IMG/VR virus record: IMGVR_UViG_3300005099_000065
Span: 1 to 64,000 of that record
Reading direction: 5' to 3' (one strand)
Source of the DNA: a virus
DNA: 64,000 bases
Made by a program: the position numbers and the translations under genes. Of the stretch, positions 56,974-64,000 are shown one piece after another. Each line of letters opens with the position of its first letter. Position 1 is the stretch's first letter. The notes beneath the pieces were generated by a model. The model was not told the DNA's origin, did no database searches, and saw only the letters and a list, made by a program, of their open reading frames with translations.

Positions 56974-57759
56974 ATGAGTTATTTGGAATGCTTGGAACGG
57001 TGGAGAATTGAGCCCAATTTTTGGATGAGCGATGAGTATTTTGAGAAGGCTGGATTTAGAGAAGAAAGGAAAGGGAATGTTTGGTATGTGAGAGATGATG
57101 AAGGAAAATTGATGTTTCCTCCTGTGCATGAAAGTGTGGGTTTGATTGCTGGTTGCGAGGATATTTGGGCTGATGTGGATGGTTTTCAAGGAGAAGGTCA
57201 AAAGGAATTTTTGGACTGGGAGTACATTTATGACCCTAGAGACTTTTTGCGTTTGGAAGGGGGCAAGTGGAGGACATTTCGTAAAAACGTGCGCAGATAT
57301 GCTCGCATTCATTCGGCTAATTTGTTATATGAAAATTGGAATTCGGCTTCATCCAAATTGACTGATTTGTCTGAACAGGTGGAAGACATTGTGGTGCAAT
57401 GGCTTCAAAAAGACGAATCACGTTACATATGGGATGCTGAGGTTATGTTGGTTTATGTTCGGGAAGGTCAAAATCGTGAAGTTTTGTGGGATGTGAAGAG
57501 TAAAAAGGTTTTGGGGATAAACATTTGGGATGAAAACTATTGGTATGTGAATTTTCGTTATTGTTTTTGTCGTGATGAGAAGTATTTGAGTGAGTATTTG
57601 AGATGGTGTTTTTATTTGGCTCGATGTTTTAGTGGTAATCCAAAGCTGGTGAATGACGGAGGGACATTGGGTTCTCAAGGTTTGGAGCGTTTTAAGGACA
57701 AATTGAATCCAATCAAGAAAAGGAGGGTATATTCATGGAGGGTAAGCGAGTCAAAATAA
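56974..57759 (+). CDS. DUF2156 / MprF C-terminal-like GNAT-fold aminoacyl-tRNA-dependent transferase (soluble)
   Basis: EYIYDPRDFLRLEGGKWRTFRKNVRRY and LVNDGGTLGSQGLERFKDKLNP match the family patterns DY.Y...L..L.G.K...KRNH...F and IN...DLG..GLR..K..Y.P. Confidence 0.65.
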   Translation: MSYLECLERWRIEPNFWMSDEYFEKAGFREERKGNVWYVRDDEGKLMFPPVHESVGLIAGCEDIWADVDGFQGEGQKEFLDWEYIYDPRDFLRLEGGKWRTFRKNVRRYARIHSANLLYENWNSASSKLTDLSEQVEDIVVQWLQKDESRYIWDAEVMLVYVREGQNREVLWDVKSKKVLGINIWDENYWYVNFRYCFCRDEKYLSEYLRWCFYLARCFSGNPKLVNDGGTLGSQGLERFKDKLNPIKKRRVYSWRVSESK

Positions 57760-58838
57760 CGAGACGTCCTAAACCTTACCCAGCTTTGAAGGCTGGTCAG
57801 ATGGCTTCGCTTTTGAAGCCAGTGATGGCTAGTTTGAGAGAGGGAGAAGGAGAAGGAGTGTTGTTTCAGAACAATTGGATGGTGGGTGTGGGAGAGTATT
57901 TGATGGTTTGGTCGCCATTGCCCACTGGAGTGGCTGGTTGTGTGAATGGTAAATTGTTATTCGAGTTTGTGCATCGTTTGCCTCCCGAAGAGGCTTTGCA
58001 ATGTCGTGTTGAGGATGTGCATTTGATTTTGGAGAGCAAGGATAAGCCCAGAAAGTTGAAAATGAATTTGATTAGTGAAGTTTGGGAACCATGGGCAACA
58101 CCACCAAAGTTGGAAGAGTTTTTACCCCTGGAAGAAAGCTTCTTCAAGGATTTGGAATTGGCGCTGGGTGGATTGGAAGTGAAATCCTTGATAGGTCCTT
58201 TGGCTGGTGTATGGATTGGAGAAAATAAAGTTTTGGCCACTGACGAATGTAGGGCAAATATGTTGCAACGTCAGGGAGGGATTTATGCAATAAAACCTGG
58301 TCTGCTTTTTTCGGCTAGAGCTTTGGATTGTTTGTTAGATTTGAAATTGGCTTGTAACGGATGGTTATTGGATAAGGACAGAAGGTGGGTTTGGTTTTCT
58401 ACATTGGAAGGGATTTTGTGCGCTGTGAGGTTGATGCAAAGCGAAGAATATCCCACACAGGCTTTGGTCGAGTTGTTTTCTCGCTCTCGCCATTATGTTT
58501 CTTTCCCTGTGTCGGAGTTTGGCGAAGCTGTGGATTTGGCTCATGTGGTTGCTAAACATTCAGGAACCAAGAATCTCATTGTTTCTCTGATTTGGAAGGG
58601 AAACACTTTGACAATTGTGGGGAGAGGCGAATTCGGTTCATTTGAACAATCGATGAATTGGAAAAAGGATTCTAGCTTACCTGATGAAGGTGGTTTTGAT
58701 GTGAATCCTGTGTTGTTGAAAAACATGATAGAAGGTTCAGTAGAAGCAAAATTTGGTTTGACTGAAACTTTGGTGTTTGTTGAGGGCGAGGATTTTCAAT
58801 ATTTAGCACCTTTGATTTGGAAAAGCAATGAAGCTTAA
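57735..58838 (+). CDS. dnaN: DNA polymerase III beta-type sliding clamp
   Basis: 367 aa; LATDECR and VNPVLL..MI segments; position next to Pol and clamp loader. Confidence 0.6.
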   Translation: MEGKRVKITRRPKPYPALKAGQMASLLKPVMASLREGEGEGVLFQNNWMVGVGEYLMVWSPLPTGVAGCVNGKLLFEFVHRLPPEEALQCRVEDVHLILESKDKPRKLKMNLISEVWEPWATPPKLEEFLPLEESFFKDLELALGGLEVKSLIGPLAGVWIGENKVLATDECRANMLQRQGGIYAIKPGLLFSARALDCLLDLKLACNGWLLDKDRRWVWFSTLEGILCAVRLMQSEEYPTQALVELFSRSRHYVSFPVSEFGEAVDLAHVVAKHSGTKNLIVSLIWKGNTLTIVGRGEFGSFEQSMNWKKDSSLPDEGGFDVNPVLLKNMIEGSVEAKFGLTETLVFVEGEDFQYLAPLIWKSNEA

Positions 58839-61350
58839 ATTGTTCGAGGGCGAACCAGATTGCATGAAGTGTGGATTGTATCGAGGGATTAAGTCTCCAC
58901 GTATGTCTTACACTGGTAAGGGTGAGAAAGGAGTGTTGATAGTGGCGGAAGCGCCAGGTAAGACAGAAGATGAGCAAGGGGTGCAGTTGGTGGGGCGAGC
59001 TGGTCAATATTTTCGTTCTGTTTTGAAAAGTTATGGTTGGGATTTGGACAGGGATTGCTGGAAAATCAATGCTGTGAACTGTTATTGTTCTCACAAACCA
59101 ACCAGAACGCAAATTTCGTGTTGTCGACCAATGGTTGAAAGAGCTATTAAGGAATGTCGTCCACGTTACATTTGGTTGTTGGGGGAATGTGCCATAGCTA
59201 GCTTTTTTTCATGTTATTTCGGTGATTGTTCTCCCACTTTGTGGAGAAAGTTTTGCATTCCTGACAGACGTTACAAATGTTGGGTAATTCCTTTGTTTCA
59301 TCCCAGCTTTGTGATTCGGAATGAGAAGGATAAAGGGTTGAGTATGACGTTTGAGAGAGATGTGGGTTGGGCTATTCGTCAAAGTGAAAAGGAGCGAACA
59401 TGGATTGATTTCTCTCCCGAATCTCAAATAAACATATTGTTGAGTGAGGCTGATGTGATATTGAAGTTGAAGGATTTGAAACAAAGTGATTTGATAGCCT
59501 TCGATTACGAAACCACAGGACTGAAACCATTTGCACAAGGTCATCGGATTATTAGTGTGGCAGTGAGTAATGGAAAAGAAACTTTTGTTTTTCCTTTTCA
59601 GCATCGGGCTTCTCCATGGCTGAATGACGAATCGATAAAGCATGAATGGACGAACATTTTGCTCGAGTCCAAAATCAAAAAAATAGCTCACAATGTTTCA
59701 TTCGAGGATTTATGGAGTCGTGTGATATTGAATTTAGATGAGGTGAAGGGATGGTTTTGGGACACGAAGTTGGTGGCTCATCTTTTGGACAATCGCAAGG
59801 ATTTGACTCATTTGAAGTTTTTGGCTTTCGTTAATTGGGGTTTGGTTTGGACAGAGAAAGTGAAACCTTATTTGGGTGGCGCTTCATCTAACGAATTCAA
59901 TAAGTTGGAAAAAGTGAATTTGAAGGATTTGTGTCTTTACAATGGGATTGATGCTTTGATGACTTGGAAAATTTTTGAAAAGCAATTTGACGAGCTGAAG
60001 CATCGTCCCAAGTTGAAATCGGCTTTTGATTTGTTTTTCAAGGGTCAGTTGGTCTTGTCCAAGTGTACTAGCAGAGGGTTGAAGGTGGATTTGCAATATT
60101 ATGAGAAGCAATGCAAGAGAGCTCAACGCAACATAGACAGATTGGTTCACGAGCTTCTTCACGACGAGAGCGCTAAGAGGTTTGAGCAAAAGTACAAGAA
60201 ACAAATAGATTTGAGATCAGCTTTGGATTTGAGAAGGTTGTTTTTTTACGTGAAAAAATATCAACCTTTCAAAGTCACATCCAAGACCAATCCCAGCGTT
60301 GATCAAGAGTCACTGGAATATTTTCAAGAGGAATACCAAGACACTTTTGCCGAAAAGCTTTTGGTTTTGAGAAAATGGGAGAAAATCAATTCCACATATT
60401 TGTCGGGGATTATGAAAGAAGCAGTGAATGGCAAAGTACATCCCTTCTTTTCATTGGCCACATCTCGTTCATATCGTTCATCTTCTCATTCTCCCAATTT
60501 TCAAAACATTCCTGTGAGAGATGAGTTAGCTAAAAAAATTGTCAGAAGGGGAATCATAGCCCACAAAGGTTGGCAATTGATGGAGGTGGATTACAGCGGA
60601 ATTGAGGTGAGAATTGGAGCTTGTTACCACAAAGACAAAAATATGATCGAATACATTTGTAATCCAGATTCAGATATGCATAGAGATTGCGCAGCAGACA
60701 TTTGGTTGTTGGACAAAAATGATGTGACAAAGGAGCTTAGGTTTTATGCAAAAAACCAATGGGTGTTTCCTCAGTTTTATGGTGATTGGTATGGGAGATG
60801 CGCTGAGAAATTGTGGAGAGTTTGTCGACATTTGAAATTGAAAAATGGAATGAAAGTGGAGGATTGGATAAAGACCAAAGGCATAACTTGTTTTGATGAT
60901 TTTGTTCAGCATTGCAAACAAATGGAAGACAAGTTTTGGAACCAGCGCTTTCGGGGATATCAACAATGGAAGGAGGAGATGTGGGAATTTTATTTGAGAA
61001 AAGGTTATGTGGAGACATTTTTCGGTTTTCGTTTCACGGGCTATATGGATTTTAAGAGAGTGAACAATTATCCAATTCAAGCCACTGCTTTTCATTGTTT
61101 GTTGTGGAGTTTGATTCAGATAGAGAGTGAGTTGAAATCCAATGGAATGAGAACCAAAATTTTAGGTGAAATTCATGACAGCATTATATTTGAGGTTTGG
61201 CCACCAGAGAGAGAACAAGTGATACAATTGGTGAGGGAGGTGATGACCCAAAGGATTAGGAAACAACACGATTGGATTATTGTGCCTTTGGACATAGATA
61301 TAGAAATTGCACCAGTTGGAGGAAGTTGGGATGAAAAACAATCAATTTAA
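58828..61350 (+). CDS. polA: Family A DNA polymerase with N-terminal family-4 uracil-DNA-glycosylase domain and 3'-5' exonuclease
   Basis: UDG: CMKCGL, VAEAPG..ED, FHPS. Exonuclease: DYETTG, AHNVSFE, YNGID. Polymerase: PNFQNIP, DYSGIEVRI, AKNQWVFPQFYG, NYPIQATA, IHDS. Confidence 0.92.
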   Translation: MKLKLFEGEPDCMKCGLYRGIKSPRMSYTGKGEKGVLIVAEAPGKTEDEQGVQLVGRAGQYFRSVLKSYGWDLDRDCWKINAVNCYCSHKPTRTQISCCRPMVERAIKECRPRYIWLLGECAIASFFSCYFGDCSPTLWRKFCIPDRRYKCWVIPLFHPSFVIRNEKDKGLSMTFERDVGWAIRQSEKERTWIDFSPESQINILLSEADVILKLKDLKQSDLIAFDYETTGLKPFAQGHRIISVAVSNGKETFVFPFQHRASPWLNDESIKHEWTNILLESKIKKIAHNVSFEDLWSRVILNLDEVKGWFWDTKLVAHLLDNRKDLTHLKFLAFVNWGLVWTEKVKPYLGGASSNEFNKLEKVNLKDLCLYNGIDALMTWKIFEKQFDELKHRPKLKSAFDLFFKGQLVLSKCTSRGLKVDLQYYEKQCKRAQRNIDRLVHELLHDESAKRFEQKYKKQIDLRSALDLRRLFFYVKKYQPFKVTSKTNPSVDQESLEYFQEEYQDTFAEKLLVLRKWEKINSTYLSGIMKEAVNGKVHPFFSLATSRSYRSSSHSPNFQNIPVRDELAKKIVRRGIIAHKGWQLMEVDYSGIEVRIGACYHKDKNMIEYICNPDSDMHRDCAADIWLLDKNDVTKELRFYAKNQWVFPQFYGDWYGRCAEKLWRVCRHLKLKNGMKVEDWIKTKGITCFDDFVQHCKQMEDKFWNQRFRGYQQWKEEMWEFYLRKGYVETFFGFRFTGYMDFKRVNNYPIQATAFHCLLWSLIQIESELKSNGMRTKILGEIHDSIIFEVWPPEREQVIQLVREVMTQRIRKQHDWIIVPLDIDIEIAPVGGSWDEKQSI

Positions 61351-62293
61351 CGAGGAAGTTTTGTATTTGAAGTACAGACCCAAGGATTTCGATGAGTTTG
61401 TGGGAAATGAATCCACTGTAGAGTCTTTGAGGTCTGTGTTGGAAAGAGGAAATCCTCCTCATGCTTTTTTGTTTTACGGTCCCACAGGTTGCGGGAAAAC
61501 CACTCTGGCTAGGATTGTGAAAAAATATTTGGATTGTGGTGATCGAGATTTTCATGAGTACAACGTGGCAAATGTAAGAGGTATTGACACTATTAGGGAG
61601 ATTTTGAACCAAATGTGGTATGCGCCTGTCGGTGGTCGTTCTAAGATATATTTGTTAGATGAATGCCATGCTTTGACCCGTGATGCTCAAAATGCTTTAT
61701 TGAAGGCATTGGAAGACACTCCAAGCCATGTGTATTTTATTTTGTGCACGACAGAACCACAAAGACTTCTTCAGACCATTCGCAATCGTTGTACTCCATT
61801 TGAGGTTTCAAGGTTAGCTCGTCCTAAGATGTTGAGGCTTTTGAAAAGAGTGTCAGAAGCTGAGGGTTTGAATTTGGATAGCCGATTTTTGGGTCAAATA
61901 GCCACAATGAGTGAGGGATCTCCTCGAGCTGCTTTGGTGTTGTTGGATGGAGTGAAAGATTTACAAGATGAAAATGATATCGAGAAGTTTTTGCAATCTC
62001 AAGTTCCAGATGAGATGAAGTTTCAAGACCTCGTTCGTGTGTTGTTGGATTATCGTTTGTCTTCCCCAGCTAGATGGAAGGAAGTGAGTCGTTTTCTCTC
62101 TACCACTCGTGAGGATCCTGAGAAACTGAGAAGAGCTTTGATGCATTATCTGGCTAAGGTGTTGTTGAACCAACCCAATGTTCAATTGGCTAGATTGTTG
62201 GAATGTTTGATGAATGGGGATGTGAGGGATGCTGGATGGCCAGGATTGGTGTATTGTTTGTTTGTGGGAAATTTTTTTGCTCCACAAAAATAG
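61331..62293 (+). CDS. dnaX: Clamp loader AAA+ subunit (DnaX-like)
   Basis: LKYRPKDFDEFVGN, GPTGCGKTT, LLDECH, NALLKALED, TIRNRC. Confidence 0.9.
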   Translation: MKNNQFNEEVLYLKYRPKDFDEFVGNESTVESLRSVLERGNPPHAFLFYGPTGCGKTTLARIVKKYLDCGDRDFHEYNVANVRGIDTIREILNQMWYAPVGGRSKIYLLDECHALTRDAQNALLKALEDTPSHVYFILCTTEPQRLLQTIRNRCTPFEVSRLARPKMLRLLKRVSEAEGLNLDSRFLGQIATMSEGSPRAALVLLDGVKDLQDENDIEKFLQSQVPDEMKFQDLVRVLLDYRLSSPARWKEVSRFLSTTREDPEKLRRALMHYLAKVLLNQPNVQLARLLECLMNGDVRDAGWPGLVYCLFVGNFFAPQK

Positions 62294-62318
62294 CGCTATA
62301 ATATAACAGGAGGGTAAA

Positions 62319-62825
62319 ATGGATTTGAAGAAAAAAGCTGAGGAGCATTTGAGGGTAGATCCTTTTAGCTTGGTGGAGGATTGGGAACAACAGCCACATT
62401 TGTTCATGTTTTGGAGTGAAAAGTGGGTGGATGCTGTGTTGGAGAGAGAAAACATTAAGCAACGGCTGGAGGTGTTGAGGGCTAGATTGGATTTGGACAT
62501 ACGCCAAAACCCCGAGTCGTACGGAATTTCCAAAATCACAGAAAGTGTGGTTGATTCTGTAATTAAGCGACATCCCAAGTATCAACAACTGTTGGCTGAA
62601 TACAATCGTTCATGTTCAGAAGTGAATTTTTTGAGCTCAGTTAGAGAAGCATTGAATCATAAGCGTAAGGCTTTGGAAAGCCTGACTCAACTTTGGGTCA
62701 CGGGTTATTATCATCATCCTAGCGCATCCAGAGCCTCAAAAGAAGAAGACGCTATACGCAAAAAGCATTTGGAAGAATTGAATTCAACTATGAAGAGAAT
62801 TTTGAAAAAGGAAGGATTGAAATGA
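62319..62825 (+). CDS. UvsY-like recombination mediator
   Basis: QPHLF..WS....DA.LER...K..L...RARLDLDIR.NPE.YG..KITE pattern. Confidence 0.6.
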   Translation: MDLKKKAEEHLRVDPFSLVEDWEQQPHLFMFWSEKWVDAVLERENIKQRLEVLRARLDLDIRQNPESYGISKITESVVDSVIKRHPKYQQLLAEYNRSCSEVNFLSSVREALNHKRKALESLTQLWVTGYYHHPSASRASKEEDAIRKKHLEELNSTMKRILKKEGLK

Positions 62826-62956
62826 AGCTGTGGGAATTTGTGCTTTGGGGTGCTGTGATATTGTTTTTCGGTTATTTGGCTTGCAGATTGTGGAGCTTTG
62901 CTGTGTTTCGCAGCTATTTTCAAGTAAGGAGGGAAAGAGATGAGAGGAAAGATTGA
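62822..62956 (+). CDS. 44-aa membrane peptide (below the ORF-track cutoff)
   Basis: Manual translation MKLWEFVLWGAVILFFGYLACRLWSF...; ATGA overlap. Confidence 0.5.
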   Translation: MKLWEFVLWGAVILFFGYLACRLWSFAVFRSYFQVRRERDERKD

Positions 62957-63977
62957 CATTAGGAAAATTGATTTGGAGAAAATGAAAGCAGATTTGCTGA
63001 AAAGAACAAAGCTCAGCTATGAAACTAGAGATTTGGGTTCAACCTTCAAAAGTTATTTCAAAAGTGGATTAGATATACCATTTTGGGATTGCAAAGAGGG
63101 GGAACATTTGATTGATATTATCCCTTACATGGCAGGTCCTAACAACCCTCACAGTGAGCCAGGGACCTTTACTTATTTGTTGGATATTTGGGTACACTAC
63201 AATGTGGGAGTGAATGAGGATCAGTACATTTGTTTGGCTAAAACTTACGGCAAGCCCTGTCCTGTGTGCGAGTATTTGAGCAGGATGAGGAGATCTCCTG
63301 AATTTGATTCTGAAGAGTTTTCCAGTTTGAAAGCTAGAAGAAGAGTTATCTACAATATTGTTTGTTATGACGACCCTAGAGAACAATCCAAGGGCGTTCA
63401 GGTTTGGGAGGTGGCTCATTATTTCATGGAGCGTCATTTGTCTGAATTGAGCAAAACTCCTAAGGGAGAACACATTCCATTTTCAAATGTTGGTCTGGAG
63501 GGCAAATCAATTTATTTTCGCAAAAAGGGTAGAGGCGCTGGAAACGTGGAATTTGTGGGTCATCGGTTTGTGGACAGAGAAGAGCCAGTGGAATTGGAAT
63601 TGTTGGAGCAGGTTTATTGTTTGGACGAATTGATTTACATCCCCACATATGAGGAGGTTGAAGAAGCTTTGTATGGGTCGAGGAAAAAGGTTGAAAGAGA
63701 TAAAGAGAAGTTTGAGGAAACAGAAAGGAAGCATTATGAGTATGAAGCAGAATCCGAGGTCGAACCAGAGCCAGAAGAATTGGAACCAGAAGAGCCAGAG
63801 CCAGAGCCAAAACCAAGGCCGAGGTTGGCGTCGAGGAGATCCAAGAGAATAGAATGTCCAGCTGGAGGTAAGTTTGGAATTGATTTTGAGGAGTTTGATG
63901 AGTGTGAATCTTGTGATTTTTATGCAGAGTGTGAAGAAGAGTGGAGGCAAAGGAGGAGGGCAAGAAGGCAAAAATGA
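62940..63977 (+). CDS. gp32-like single-stranded DNA-binding protein with acidic/Pro-Glu linker and C-terminal Cys domain
   Basis: YICLAKTYGKPCPVCEY, RRVIYNI, GKSIYF.KKG; C-terminal CPAGGKFG...CESC...C. Confidence 0.75.
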   Translation: MRGKIDIRKIDLEKMKADLLKRTKLSYETRDLGSTFKSYFKSGLDIPFWDCKEGEHLIDIIPYMAGPNNPHSEPGTFTYLLDIWVHYNVGVNEDQYICLAKTYGKPCPVCEYLSRMRRSPEFDSEEFSSLKARRRVIYNIVCYDDPREQSKGVQVWEVAHYFMERHLSELSKTPKGEHIPFSNVGLEGKSIYFRKKGRGAGNVEFVGHRFVDREEPVELELLEQVYCLDELIYIPTYEEVEEALYGSRKKVERDKEKFEETERKHYEYEAESEVEPEPEELEPEEPEPEPKPRPRLASRRSKRIECPAGGKFGIDFEEFDECESCDFYAECEEEWRQRRRARRQK

Positions 63978-64000
63978 AAGCACCTTTGTTGAACAAGAAA

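Noticed and set aside
1-64000. Genome-wide UGA reassignment (genetic code 4/25) as the explanation for the TGA at 9026
   Set aside because: Many well-defined genes end in TGA exactly where the next gene starts (for example 2068, 5368, 22354, 26576, 30557, 53175), so UGA is a working stop.
1-64000. tRNA genes, integrase, repressor, reverse transcriptase/DGR, portal
   Set aside because: None was recognised in the window. The portal and any nucleotide-precursor genes may lie outside it, so absence from the genome cannot be claimed.

Overview
The window is a 64-kb stretch of a tailed dsDNA bacteriophage genome with siphovirus-type tail genes. The host is bacterial (sigma70-type promoters, PilZ gene, DnaB/DnaX/beta-clamp); the Glu/Lys-rich proteins suggest a thermophile, which is inference only. 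Gene order on the + strand (1-39.4 kb): methyltransferase-DNA ligase fusion (cut by the window edge), LigD-type 3'-phosphoesterase, scaffold, decoration protein, major capsid protein, an AT-rich appendage module, head-tail adaptor, holin, an 8-kb glycosyltransferase island, tail tube, frameshifted tail chaperones, two paralogous tape-measure genes, an inverted terminase large subunit, tail-tip proteins and endolysin. A repeat-rich non-coding block follows (39.45-40.15 kb), then a leftward early block (PAPS-reductase-like, PilZ, SF2 helicase, RmlB). The right arm is a rightward replication module with a candidate origin at 48.0-48.9 kb. Three observations stand out. (1) A gene cluster inside the replisome (two radical SAM enzymes, a PLP enzyme, a methyltransferase-fold protein and a DUF2156/MprF-C-like aminoacyl-tRNA-dependent transferase) is a candidate new DNA hypermodification pathway. 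(2) Gly-Thr dipeptides are strongly enriched in predicted exposed virion proteins, next to a multi-glycosyltransferase island, which suggests a phage-encoded glycan shield with a G-T sequon. (3) A 515-codon putative virion gene has a single in-frame UGA followed by a bacterial-SECIS-like hairpin, making it a candidate phage selenoprotein that the ORF track missed. All family assignments come from motif recognition by eye, not database searches.
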